From: Candidatus Marinacidobacterales bacterium | GTDB lineage: Bacteria; Acidobacteriota; Vicinamibacteria; Marinacidobacterales; SMYC01 | Assembly (NCBI GenBank): GCA_965237955.1 | Contig: OZ250169.1 | Location: forward strand, 2,080,001-2,144,000 | DNA: 64,000 nucleotides | Direction of reading: 5' to 3' | Shown: positions 1 through 10,143 of the stretch, piece after piece | How the letters are laid out: every line of letters starts with the position of its first letter | How positions within the stretch are numbered: the stretch's first letter is position 1 | Made by a program: the position numbers and the translations under genes | Notes under the pieces: generated by a model | What the model was told of the DNA's origin: nothing | The model's database searches: none | Seen by the model: only the letters and a program-made list of their open reading frames with translations

Positions 1-180
1 GGGGTCGGCGTTCACGGCATCAATGGCGCTGATGCGGCCGCTCATGCCGGAGGGGCCGATGCTCCGAGCTTTCAAAACGAAAATCTCGGTGATGTCCGTC
101 TGGGACCGCGCCGTTGACGCCGCGGCAAGGATGGTCATGAGGAAAATCGCCAAAAGGCGGGGGGAAAGACCCGCGTGCAT
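1..180 (-). CDS. 5' part of secreted BNR/VPS10-like beta-propeller (glycosyl hydrolase-like) protein, runs off window
   Basis: Manual translation: MHAGLSPRLLAIFLMTILAAASTARSQ...LKARSIGPSGMSGRISAIDAVNADP; signal peptide plus the R-x-IGP-x-x-MSGRI motif; GGAG RBS upstream. Confidence 0.75.
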   Translation of the reverse strand, partial: MHAGLSPRLLAIFLMTILAAASTARSQTDITEIFVLKARSIGPSGMSGRISAIDAVNADP

Positions 181-400
181 CGTGGCTGACTCCCTGTATT
201 GAATTTTGGTAAATTTCGTGCGTCCCCCGGGCGTTGCCGCACGGAATACTACACCATCACCGCGAGGGTCACATCACCTTGCTTGTGGCGTTCAAAAAAA
301 TCGCCGGTTAAATGTCGCCGGTTAACCATGATTCCGACTATTTGGGTCAAAAATCCAATCTCCCGAAGGCGCCGATCCATCGTTCTGAACGACGGATTCG

Positions 401-850
401 TCAGTACACGGTCTCGCCGTTGATATGGAACGACATGTCGTCGCCGTAAGTAACGAGCGGCGGATCTTGGTCGTAACCGGCCTTGGCCATCTGCGCCCGG
501 ACGTTGTCGTGACCGAAGATGAGCGTTCCCATTTTTCCAAAATTCTCATTGCCGCCGGTGTGATCCGGATGCATGTGAGTGTTGACGAGAAAGCGAATCG
601 GTTTGTCGGAAACGGTTCGCACTGCGGCAACAATCTTGTCAGTCAACGGAGCATATTGATCATCGATCAAGAACACGCCGTCCTCACCGACGAAGAGCCC
701 GATGTTCCCGCCGGCGCCTTCGATGTAGGACACCTGGCCCACGACCGGATACACCGTCATTTCCACGGCGTCGAAGTCCGGCTGGGCGGCCGCGAGACCA
801 GTCACGACCCACGTTGCTGCTGAAACCAAAAACACGGTCTTTTTCATCAT
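401..850 (-). pseudogene. Secreted MBL-fold metallo-hydrolase (cyclase-like), C-terminally truncated
   Basis: Signal peptide, GAGGNIG, LIDDQY and THMHPDHTGGN (HxHxDH); stops at 149 aa before the second-half metal ligands (HT..D, GD). Confidence 0.7.
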
Positions 851-958
851 CCGTGCCTTTCCCGAGCCAGAATCGAGGCGTTGAGCGCCCGAACCCGCTA
901 ATTCTACCGTAAAATTCCTCGTCCTTTTTCGCGCTGGCGGCGTTGCTCCTCGTGGGGA

Positions 959-1570
959 TTAGTTGTCGAGGAGTTTGAGAATGGTGTCTTCTATCTCGCG
1001 GTATTCCCGATGGCAGCTTTCGTGGTTCCGCCAGTGGAGTCCAGCTTCTCCCAGATGGTACTCGCCGCCGGGGTGGACGTAGCGGACGACACCCTGCTTG
1101 TCGACGAGGAAGGAAACGGAGGTCCACGCCTGTACCTCGTGGTCGAGCCACCAGCGGTGGAGCGCTATCCAATCCGCGTCGAGGGCCACCGGGAAGGTGA
1201 AGCCGAAGCGCTCGGTCGCCCGCCGCAGCCGTTCGACGCTCCTATCGCCGGGCGGCTTGGGGTGAAAGATGCCGATGACCCGGAGGCCCCGACCTCGGTA
1301 CTTGCGGTTGAGCTCCCGCAGCACGGGCGCCGTCGTGGAGCAAAAGGGACAAGTGTCCGTCCACCAACGGACGAGTAGTACATTTCCCTTCAAGTCGGCC
1401 GGCTCGAGCGGATCCGCGTTCAACCACGCTTTTAGCTCGAAGGGGGGTGCCGCTTGGCCGATGCGGCCTTCGCCACCGATACGGCCGGGAAAATTCTCGC
1501 GTCCGGCGACAGACTGGGAGAGCGCGACGAGAAGACCGGGCAGTAATAGAGAATGGCTTGGGAGTTTCAC
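959..1570 (-). CDS. TlpA/peroxiredoxin-like thioredoxin-fold protein
   Basis: Signal peptide, WWTDTCPFC (CxxC), FLVDKQGVVRY. Confidence 0.85.
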   Translation of the reverse strand: MKLPSHSLLLPGLLVALSQSVAGRENFPGRIGGEGRIGQAAPPFELKAWLNADPLEPADLKGNVLLVRWWTDTCPFCSTTAPVLRELNRKYRGRGLRVIGIFHPKPPGDRSVERLRRATERFGFTFPVALDADWIALHRWWLDHEVQAWTSVSFLVDKQGVVRYVHPGGEYHLGEAGLHWRNHESCHREYREIEDTILKLLDN

Positions 1571-1886
1571 AAGCTAAACCCGCTCCACTTCGACACGGGT
1601 GCTTCTGAAATCAAGTGTTGGTGGCCGCCGCGTAACCCGCTCACGTGCTGGAGTTTGAGCCTTATTTCGAAGGGACACAGTTCTTTCGGCGATGCAGACT
1701 GAGCTGACCAGGCGGTGCCTGACGTTCAGCAACATCTTCGTGTGCACGCCGACATCATTATTACATGCGATGGCGTCCTGTGCCGAAACTTGATCCACTG
1801 GCAACGTTACAAGCGAGCAATCGATGCGGCGTGGACGGAGGGACCCGCGACAACCATTGAGCAGAGCTACCCTTTGGGCGGGCCGT

Positions 1887-2973
1887 TGCCTTGGTGCACA
1901 ACTCGCGATCTCGGTCCACAATTGTCCTGTACTCGCGGATACGAGGTTCCCCATGAGCATTTTCAAACGCACTCAGCGGAAGTATGTGAAGAAGGCCTAT
2001 CGCGTGAGGAATTGGCGTGAATATGAGGCGGGTCTACGCAACCGCGGGAGCCTGACCGTCTGGATCTCGCTCACCGCCGGCAAGCTTGTGAACTGGGACG
2101 CGCCCCGGCCAAGGAGGAGGAAACCGGGCCGTCAACGCAAGTACTCGAACCACGCCATCGAGACGGCTGTCACCCTGGGCATGGTGTTTCATCTGTCATC
2201 TAGGCAGAGCGAGGGATTGCTGCGGTCGTTGTTCGCTCTGATGAAGCTAGACAATGATGTGCCCGATCACACCACGATCTCGAGGCGCAAGGCGAAGCTG
2301 GGTAAGGTCCCCTTCTACCAAGACAAGCAGAAGACGCCGTTGCACATCTTGATCGACAGCAGCGGTCTCGCTGTCCACGCCGGCCAGCTGCGCAGAGCAC
2401 CAAAGAGCAGGGACTATCGCAAGCTCCATCTGTGTGTCGACGAGCAGACTGGCGAAGTCGTCGCCGGCGAGCTGACGAGCAAAAGAGCCCGCGATTCATC
2501 GCGGGTTGCATCGCTTGTCGGACAGATCGACAGTCCCATCTCATCGGCCAGAGCTGACACCGCATACGACGCCGGCGGTGTCTATGAGGCAATCGAGAAT
2601 CACAGCGCTCATCGCTCGCCGAGGGTGTTGATACCGCCGCGCAAGGGCGCCCAGCTCGCATCGGGGCCGGCGAGCAGCCGACAGCGCAATCGCAACATTG
2701 CAGCACAAGCTCGGCTCGGCAAACGAAAGTGGCACACAGAATCGGGCTACAGCAAACGGAGCAAAGTCGAGACAACGTTCCATCGCTACAAGGCTATCGT
2801 GGGCTCAGCGATGCGAGCGAGAGGGTTGGCGGCACAGAGAGTCGAGGCAAGGATCGGGTGCAAGATTCTCAACACGATGACGGCGCTCGGGATGCCTGAT
2901 AGCGAGATGATCGGATGATGGGAGTCGGGGCCAAGCGAGCTCTCGGCCTCTATCGGAGTTGTGCACCAAGGCA
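1887..2973 (+). mobile_element. IS5-family (IS903-like) insertion sequence
   Basis: Perfect 18-bp terminal inverted repeats TGCCTTGGTGCACAACTC at 1887-1904 and 2956-2973 around a DDE transposase; no exact target duplication. Confidence 0.92.
1953..2918 (+). CDS. IS5-family DDE transposase (321 aa)
   Basis: YRVRNWREYEAGLRNRGSLTVW N-terminus, PDHTTISRR, ILIDSSG, ADTAYD, RSKVETTF. Confidence 0.92.
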   Translation: MSIFKRTQRKYVKKAYRVRNWREYEAGLRNRGSLTVWISLTAGKLVNWDAPRPRRRKPGRQRKYSNHAIETAVTLGMVFHLSSRQSEGLLRSLFALMKLDNDVPDHTTISRRKAKLGKVPFYQDKQKTPLHILIDSSGLAVHAGQLRRAPKSRDYRKLHLCVDEQTGEVVAGELTSKRARDSSRVASLVGQIDSPISSARADTAYDAGGVYEAIENHSAHRSPRVLIPPRKGAQLASGPASSRQRNRNIAAQARLGKRKWHTESGYSKRSKVETTFHRYKAIVGSAMRARGLAAQRVEARIGCKILNTMTALGMPDSEMIG

Positions 2974-4275
2974 GCGAGCCCGCGGGAAGCTCCGAAAGGG
3001 CGACACCCGTCTGAGACAAGATGTCGGCCATGAGAGGCTCCACCGCGCGCGCAATCCCTTTCGCGAGGAGCTCGAGCCCTTCGACTCTTTCGAAGCGGAG
3101 ATATTCGCCACGCTCGGCTTCCGACTGCTCGTGATCCACGGTGAGCTTCGCGTTCTCCTCTTTGAGCTCTTCGATCTCGCCTTGCAGACGCTGATGCACC
3201 TCGAGCTCGGCCACGCGCTGCTGGTCGATCCGGGCCGTCGCGTCACGAGCTTGCCGTAGTTGGGTCTCGCGACGATCGGTCACGTCGCGAAAAATGCCTA
3301 CCCCGCCAAGGATCTCGCCGCGATCCTCCGTCAGCGGTGAGTAGTACCCGTCGAAGTAGACTTGGCGACCGGTCTCGCCATGGGTGAACGGGCGATTGCG
3401 GGACGTCGACGTCGTGCCCGCGAGCGCATCGCGAAAATACCGGTCCTCGCCGAGCTCTTTGAGCTGGGGAAGAGCTTGAAATGCGTTCTTGCCGAGAAGT
3501 TTGTTCTTGCGAATGCCGAGAATGCGCTCCATCGCCGGATTCCAATACGTGACGTTGAAGCTGCGGTCGAAGGCCATGATGCCGTCGACGCTCTTGTGAA
3601 CGAGACGGCTGAAGAATCCCCACTGTCGCCGGAGACGGTTCTCCAAACGCTTGCGCGCGGTGATGTCGCGAGTCACGAACAGCAAGAGCTCTTCGTTATC
3701 GACGGTGGCGAACCCGATCGAAGCTTCCACGGGGAACCGGGATCCGTCGCGACGGCGGTGGACGCCTTCGAGGTACATCACATCGTGGCTTTTGCGGACA
3801 CCCTCGACCCAGTCGTGCCACGCGCTCGCCGGGGTCAGCGGCAAGCCGACTTCGATGTGGTTGAGCGACAACTCGAGGAGCTCTTCCCGGGAGTAGCCGA
3901 GCACCCGGCTCGCGGTCTGATTCACGTCGAGACACCGCCCCGTGTAAGGTTCCACCACGAGGATCGACTCCCCCGACTGGTCCAAAAGCTTGCGGAACCG
4001 CTCACGCTCGAGATCGCGGCGTTTCTTCGTCGTGATCTCGTGGAAGACCGCCATGATGTCCTGTTCGTAGTGCTCCAGGTCTCCAGGGTCCGGGTGGCCT
4101 CCACGGTGGCCCGGATGGAGCGTTCGAGGCGGTCGGCGTTGAGCTGGGATTCGTCCCGATCGAGCTTCTGAGAAAGGGCGACAATCGTCTCTCGGTTCAG
4201 CGGATGAGCGGCCTGACCCTCCAGATTCTGGAGAATCCGCCTAAACTCCCGCAGATGTCCGAGATAATCATCCAA
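2974..4275 (-). pseudogene. PAS-PAS sensor histidine kinase, frameshifted near 4075 and truncated by the IS
   Basis: Two PAS/PAC domains (RRDGSRFPVE, RDITARKRLE, RDVTDRR), coiled coil, then ERVEGLELLAKGIA just before the IS; upstream part in another frame. Confidence 0.75.
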
Positions 4276-4536
4276 AACCCACCCCCTGACGAGCGACGAC
4301 CCCGCTCGCGAGGACCCCACCGAACTCGACCGCCAGCGGATTCGACGTGTACCGCAATGACGCGCCGAGGTCGAGCCCGGATTCTGTCACCAAGCATGCA
4401 CCGCCCCGGTCGGCCGCGCGCCCCGAGCCCGTCCCCCCCAACGGAAACGGGCCGGCGAGAATGTACCTCGACCGCCCCCCCGGAATCAACTTGCGGTCGG
4501 GCGGCGCTGACCGATAGTCTGCACCTAGGACATCCA

Positions 4537-5406
4537 ATGCTTTCGCGATCCAAATTTGCGATGTGGCTCATCTGCGGGTTCTCCGTGCTGGCGAGCTCGG
4601 CTCGAGCAGAACAACCGGCGACAAAGCTCGCTTCCTGGTACGAAGCGCTCGGGGAGCCGAGACCTTAGGAGTCGTTTGGCCGCTACCTCGCGAGGACCGC
4701 TCGGATACAACACGGAGTAAAATACACAGAAGTTTCGCAACCGCCCGGCGCCGAGACCCTGGATGTCAACGTGGACGCGTTCGAGTGCGTCTCGTTCATC
4801 GAGTCCACGCTCGCGGTCGCGCGTTGCGCGTGGGAATCCGAGCCGACCGAGGGCTGTTTCGTCCGAGAGCTAGAGGCGACGCGGTACCGTAGCGGTCGGA
4901 TGGGCGACTACACGAGCAGGCTCCACTACTTCATCGATTGGATCGGTGACAACGAGAGCCGCGGGCGCCTCTTGAATATGACAGCCTCGCTCGGCGGCGA
5001 ACCGGTCCAGAGGGATTTCTTCTACATTACCGAGCGCGTCCTGAAGCGTTTGGATGTGAAAGAAGATGAGCTGGCGTCCCTGACGTCAATGACCCGTGAG
5101 ATGCAAACCACCGAGGCGCGTTTGAGCGCGACGACACATTCGGTGCTGACTCGAGAGAGCGCTCCCCCGGTTCTGAGCGATCTCCAGGACGGGGATCTCG
5201 TCGCTTTTGTGAGGGAGCGGCCTGGACTTCTCGTGCGCCACGCCGGCTTCGTATATTGGGCGAACGGAACGCCCCGCCTGCTCCACGCCTCGAGCTACCA
5301 CGGTCGTGTGGTCATCACCGTCCGGGACTTGACGAACTACCTGCTGCGTCGCCCCGAGCGGCGAGGCGTCATCGTGGCCCGCCCCATCGTTCCGCGAAAA
5401 CGCTGA
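4537..5406 (+). pseudogene. DUF1460 / N-acetylmuramoyl-L-alanine amidase-like (NlpC/P60 fold) with in-frame TAG at 4666-4668
   Basis: Signal peptide, then FECVSFIE, RLHYF, LVRHAG, LLHASS; reading through one TAG joins ORFs 4204..4668 and 4771..5406 in frame. Confidence 0.75.
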
Positions 5407-5486
5407 TTTCCGGTACATAATGGCGGTTTGACCGCAGAATCGAACACAATCTTATCCTTCACCGTATACAGTTTCATTCAAGGAGG

Positions 5487-6152
5487 ATGTTCTTGATGTG
5501 GCGCGCGCTCGCGTTCTCGCTCACGCTGATAGCGGTTTTGGCCCCGACTGCTTTCGCTCAGCACAAGTTCGAAATCTCACCCTACGGGGGTATTCGTACC
5601 GCGGGAAGCTTCCGCGGCGAAGATCAGCTGGTCTTATACAACGTCTCGAGTGCCCCGACCTTCGGCGTGTTCGCGGACTTCATGGTGACACACCAACTCG
5701 CGATCGAGTTCCTCTGGGGACACGAAGGCTCCACCGTCAACAAGAAGACCACCGTTCTCGGTGGAGACGTGCCCACGCCGCCTGTCGAACCTGAAGCGCC
5801 CGACGGGGAGCTATTCGATCTGGGGATCGACTACTTCCACGGCGGCGTCCGCTTCGACGGCGGCAACGAGAAGTACACGCCCTACATCGCCGCAGGCGCC
5901 GGCGCGACTCGATTCAGTCCCGACGCCGCCATGGCCTCGAGCGTGACCAAGTTCTCGTTCTCCATCGGCGCCGGGATCAACGCCTACCTTACCGAGCGCA
6001 TCGGAGTCCGCTTCGACGCCCGCGCCTTCGGCACCCGGACCGGCGATCGCCAAGAAGACTTCGCCTGCGGCGTCTTCGGCTGCGTAACCTTCGAACGCCT
6101 ATCCACTTTCTGGCAAAGCCATTTTGTGGGGGCATTAATAATTCGCTTCTGA
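5487..6152 (+). CDS. Outer-membrane beta-barrel protein
   Basis: Signal peptide, amphipathic beta strands, PYIAAGAG, C-terminal Phe; AGGAGG RBS. Confidence 0.8.
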   Translation: MFLMWRALAFSLTLIAVLAPTAFAQHKFEISPYGGIRTAGSFRGEDQLVLYNVSSAPTFGVFADFMVTHQLAIEFLWGHEGSTVNKKTTVLGGDVPTPPVEPEAPDGELFDLGIDYFHGGVRFDGGNEKYTPYIAAGAGATRFSPDAAMASSVTKFSFSIGAGINAYLTERIGVRFDARAFGTRTGDRQEDFACGVFGCVTFERLSTFWQSHFVGALIIRF

Positions 6153-7004
6153 TTCCAGAAAAAATCCGCGCAACAAATTCCTCGAGACCTCGAGCCGGTA
6201 AAACCGCGTCGATCTTAAATCATCAATCGGCGACACGTCCTCCTCCAAAAGCGCCACCGCTTCCTCCACAACCTCCCGCGTCGGCGTCTTCCCCGCCACA
6301 AACGCCTCGACCGCCCGAAGCCTCCTTACCGTCGGCGCCATGCTCCCGAGCGCGAACCGCAGCTCACGGATAGTACCGTCCCTGCGCAACCACAAAAGCC
6401 CGGCCGCTACCGTCTTCGAGATCGCCGAAGCCGCCCGCGTGCCCACTTTGCGAAACAGCTGCCGCGCGGGTTTCTTGGGATAGTCGATATCGATGGATTC
6501 GATCAGCTCACCCCGGCCGAGTACCGTTTTCTTCACACCCTCGAACACGTCGACGAACGGCAGGGTTCGCCGACCCGAAGCCGAGAGCACGCGAACGCGC
6601 GCGTCATAAACAGCGAGCGGCGGAAATGTATCGCCCGCGGGCGACGCGTTCGCGATGTTCCCCCCTAAAGTCCCTCGCGTTTGGATCTGCCATCCACCGA
6701 TGGTCGCGCACGCTTCGGTAAGAAGTGGAAACCGTTTCGCCACCCGCGGATCATGCTGCAGCTGCCAGTGTGTGGTGAGCGCCCCGAGCCGCAACCCATC
6801 GCCGCTCTCGCGAACACGTCTCCACGGCGTGATGGCACCGAGATCGAGTATCAGGCGGCCGTTCTCGCTCCCGGCGTTCCAAGCGACCATGAAGTCCGTG
6901 CCCCCGGCGAGTGGCAGCGCGTCCGCGTGACGCGCGTACGCGTCCATGGCTTCTCGAATCGTGCGCGGCCGGAGGACGCGCATGCTCGCCGCATCGCCTC
7001 TCAT
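6135..7004 (-). CDS. Xanthine dehydrogenase/CoxM family FAD-binding subunit
   Basis: LAGGTD, IGGWQIQTRGTLGGNIANASPAGD, PIDDLRST; ATGA overlap with the Fe-S subunit stop. Confidence 0.92.
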   Translation of the reverse strand: MRGDAASMRVLRPRTIREAMDAYARHADALPLAGGTDFMVAWNAGSENGRLILDLGAITPWRRVRESGDGLRLGALTTHWQLQHDPRVAKRFPLLTEACATIGGWQIQTRGTLGGNIANASPAGDTFPPLAVYDARVRVLSASGRRTLPFVDVFEGVKKTVLGRGELIESIDIDYPKKPARQLFRKVGTRAASAISKTVAAGLLWLRRDGTIRELRFALGSMAPTVRRLRAVEAFVAGKTPTREVVEEAVALLEEDVSPIDDLRSTRFYRLEVSRNLLRGFFLESEANY

Positions 7005-7489
7005 TTCTTCTTGGTCCCCTTGCTCCTCTTGCCGCGCGCGTTGCGTACAGTCGAGACGACCGAGTCGACGATGTGCTGGTAGCCGGTGCAACGGCAGAGA
7101 TTTCCGGCAAGTGCGGTGCGGATCGCATCGGGATCGTCACGCCCCCCGTCGCGCAGAAAAGCCCACGCGCTCATCACCATTCCCGGCGTACAAATACCGC
7201 ACTGTGCTCCACCCTCGGTGAGAAAGGCCGCTTGCAGCGGCGCAAGATCTTCAGGCTTGCCCAGAGCTTCGATCGTCTCGACGCGGGAACCGTCCGCCTG
7301 GTACACCGGAATCAAGCACGAATTCACGAGCTCGCCGTCGAGAAACACGGTGCACGCGCCGCACTCGCCCTCGCCGCAACCTTCTTTAGTGCCGGTCAGC
7401 CCGAAGTCGCCCCGCAAGACGTCGATGAGACGGGTGAACTCCGGGCCTTGAAACGCGCGCTTCTTGCCGTTAACTCTGAGCTCGATCAT
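7001..7489 (-). CDS. (2Fe-2S) subunit, CoxS/XdhC-like
   Basis: GCGEGECGACTV, QCGICTPG, NLCRCTGY. Confidence 0.95.
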   Translation of the reverse strand: MIELRVNGKKRAFQGPEFTRLIDVLRGDFGLTGTKEGCGEGECGACTVFLDGELVNSCLIPVYQADGSRVETIEALGKPEDLAPLQAAFLTEGGAQCGICTPGMVMSAWAFLRDGGRDDPDAIRTALAGNLCRCTGYQHIVDSVVSTVRNARGKRSKGTKKK

Positions 7490-9695
7490 GAAACGCCTTA
7501 CAAAGCCGCTCGGGCAGGATAGGTAGCTCGGTCATGAACAGACCCGTCGCGTCATGGATCGCGGCAGCGACCGCGGGCGCGGGCACGTCCATCGGAAGCT
7601 CGCCCACACCTTTCGCGCCGAACGGACCTTTCGAATAGGGCGCTTCGACGATGGTGACGTCCATGTTCGGTGTGTCCAACGTCGTGGGAATGATGTAGTT
7701 GGTGAACTGAGCGTTTTGCATGACACCGCGATCGTCGAGAACCGTGTTCTCGAGAAGCGCGTAACCGAGCGCCTGAGCGGTCCCGCCGATGATCTGGCCT
7801 TCGACGAGGAGTGGATTGATGGCTTTACCGACGTCCTGCGCGGTGACGACATCACGAATCGTGATCTCGTACGTCGTCTTGTCGACTTCGAGATCGACGA
7901 CCATAGCGGCGTAGCTGAAGACACCGTAGGCATCGCCGCGATAAGACTCTTCGTCCCAGGTAAACTCGCCCGGTTTTTCGTACTGCTCGACGAAATCGAT
8001 CGAATCTTTCGATCCACACACGCGTGCCGCAGACGCGGCCAGTCCATCACGCGTGAGTGGCCAATGCGCACCTGCTTGCACAAGCTCCTTCTCGAGCTTC
8101 TTCGCAGCGCGGTGCAAAAGTCCACCGACGATCATGCACGTACGACTCGCCACGGTTGGCCCGGAGTTCGGGACTTTGCTCGTGTCAGGGGTCTCGACCT
8201 CGATCCAATCGTAGGGAACGTCGAGCGCATCGGCGACGATCTGCGCGAGGATCGTCGTCGTGCCTTGACCGATCTCCGTCGACGCCGCGTCGATGCGAAT
8301 CGTGCCGTCCCTGGTCAACTCGACCCCGGCTCGACTCCGCAAAAAAACTTCACCGCTTCCTGTGAACCCAGCGCCATGAAACACGGTGGCAAGGCCGATA
8401 CCCCTCCACGTCGGCTTTTTCTTCGAACGGTTCCATTGTGCGTGTCGCGACTTCTTCTCACGAAACCTGCTGCGAGACAGTACCCGATCGAGCACCATCT
8501 CAGCGCCGACACTCTCATGCAGCGTCTGTCCCGTGGCCGTGACCGAGCCTTCGCGGAGCAAGTTGGTCTGCCGGAGCGCGACCGAATCCATACCGATCCG
8601 AGACGCGATTTTCTCCATGTGGAGCTCGGCGGCGAAAAGCGTTTGCGGCGCGCCGAATCCACGGAACGCACCGTTCGGCGGCGTGTTGGTGGCGACGACT
8701 TGTCCGACGATACGGACGTTCGGGCACTCGTACGGTCCGCTCGCATGAAGAATGCCGCGGGAGAGCACTACGGGCGACAACGTGACGTAGGCGCCGCCGT
8801 CCATGAGAACGTCGATATCCTGGGCGACGATCGTGCCGTCACCCCGAACGCCGGTCCGGTGTCGCACCCGAGCGGGATGGCGTTTCGTCGTCGCCCGCAT
8901 GTCCTCGTGCCGGTCGTAGATCATCTTCACCGGACGTTTCGCTCTGAGCGACAGCAGGGTCGCGTGGCCTGCGAGCATGTTCGGATACTCTTCTTTGCCT
9001 CCGAAACCGCCACCCGTCGTCGTTTGGATGACGCGGACTTTTTCGGGCTCTCGCGGAAAGAGCAGCAACATCGCTTTGTGCACGTAGTAGGGGTACTGCA
9101 TCGATCCCATGAGCACGAGCGTGCCGTCCTCCCACGCGGCCATCCCATTGTTCTCGATGTACGCCTGTTCCTGATGAGGGACGCGATACTCTTCCTCGAC
9201 GATGACGTCCGCGTCGTGGAATCCCCGGCCGATATCGCCCTTCACGATCTCGAAACGCTTGAAGACGTTGTCGTTCCCGTAGAGAAGTCTCTTGCCTTCG
9301 AGTGCTTCTTCCATCGTCAGCACGGGATCCCACTCCTCGTACTCGACGTCGATGTGCTCGAGCGCGTCGTAGGCCTTCGCCCGATCCTCGTGGCCAAGCA
9401 CGAGGATGGGCTCCTCGGCATGATGCACTTCGCGATCGACGAGAAGGGGTTGGTCGACTTCGATGAGATAGACGTAGTTCTCACCGGGAATATCTTGGGC
9501 GGTCACTACGACGGCGTCATCCCAGTTGTACGCCGGATCGAAACGGATCTCTTTGACGACACCACGAGCGATGCTCGAGCGGAGCGTCACGCCATGGAGG
9601 CAATTGGGCAGATGGTAGTCGTCGATGTACTTGGCGGTGCCGGTGAGTTTGTCCGGACCTTCCTTGCGGCGGGAGCTTGCGCCAACACTCGACAT
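7470..9695 (-). CDS. Xanthine dehydrogenase family molybdopterin-binding subunit
   Basis: GGGFGGKEE, AFRGFG, EIGQG, VEGQIIGG, GAKGVGE. Confidence 0.95.
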   Translation of the reverse strand: MSSVGASSRRKEGPDKLTGTAKYIDDYHLPNCLHGVTLRSSIARGVVKEIRFDPAYNWDDAVVVTAQDIPGENYVYLIEVDQPLLVDREVHHAEEPILVLGHEDRAKAYDALEHIDVEYEEWDPVLTMEEALEGKRLLYGNDNVFKRFEIVKGDIGRGFHDADVIVEEEYRVPHQEQAYIENNGMAAWEDGTLVLMGSMQYPYYVHKAMLLLFPREPEKVRVIQTTTGGGFGGKEEYPNMLAGHATLLSLRAKRPVKMIYDRHEDMRATTKRHPARVRHRTGVRGDGTIVAQDIDVLMDGGAYVTLSPVVLSRGILHASGPYECPNVRIVGQVVATNTPPNGAFRGFGAPQTLFAAELHMEKIASRIGMDSVALRQTNLLREGSVTATGQTLHESVGAEMVLDRVLSRSRFREKKSRHAQWNRSKKKPTWRGIGLATVFHGAGFTGSGEVFLRSRAGVELTRDGTIRIDAASTEIGQGTTTILAQIVADALDVPYDWIEVETPDTSKVPNSGPTVASRTCMIVGGLLHRAAKKLEKELVQAGAHWPLTRDGLAASAARVCGSKDSIDFVEQYEKPGEFTWDEESYRGDAYGVFSYAAMVVDLEVDKTTYEITIRDVVTAQDVGKAINPLLVEGQIIGGTAQALGYALLENTVLDDRGVMQNAQFTNYIIPTTLDTPNMDVTIVEAPYSKGPFGAKGVGELPMDVPAPAVAAAIHDATGLFMTELPILPERLCKAFHDRAQS

Positions 9696-9756
9696 GGCTA
9701 CGTATCTTAAAACAAAACGGAAAGGCGCAGAGACGCTTTACTTTCCGCTTCTCTGG

Positions 9757-10095
9757 AGAGGCGCGATCCCCATTGCCGAGGCGCTTTTGATCTTCCGGCA
9801 GATTGCGGAAGGATTGGAAGCGGCCCATGAGAAAGGGATCATTCACCGCGACTTGAAGGCGGCCAACATCAAGATTACGCCGGACGGCAAGGTCAAGATT
9901 CTCGACTTCGGCCTCGCAAAAGCGTTCTCCAGTGAGGACGACGTTTCCGCGGCAACGTCGCAGTCTCCGACGCTCACCAAAGGCACAGCACTCGGCGCTA
10001 TCATGGGCACGGCCGCCTACATGAGCCCCGAGCAAGCGCGCGGAGACGCCGTAGACCGGAAAACGGACGGCTGGGCATCCGGCTGTTGTCTATAG
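9757..10095 (+). pseudogene. Internal fragment of a Hanks-type Ser/Thr protein kinase
   Basis: HRDLKAAN, VKILDFGLAK, GTAAYMSPEQARG; no N-lobe and a stop after subdomain IX. Confidence 0.85.
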
Positions 10096-10143
10096 CAGCA
10101 GGGAAAGGAAATAACTCCGGGTTGGTCCAAGAGCGTTCGCAGC

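Noticed and set aside
350-403. Selenocysteine readthrough of the MBL TGA
   Set aside because: In-frame continuation (RIRRSERWIGAFGRLDF) shows no MBL motifs and stops again
2786-2973. C-terminal extension of the PAS kinase ORF
   Set aside because: Read-through into the IS right end on the antisense strand
6135-9695. Aerobic CO dehydrogenase
   Set aside because: Active-site loop is AFRGFG, not AYxCSFR
7554-9710. 718-aa + strand ORF
   Set aside because: Antisense shadow of the molybdopterin subunit; no motifs, expected from high-GC codon bias
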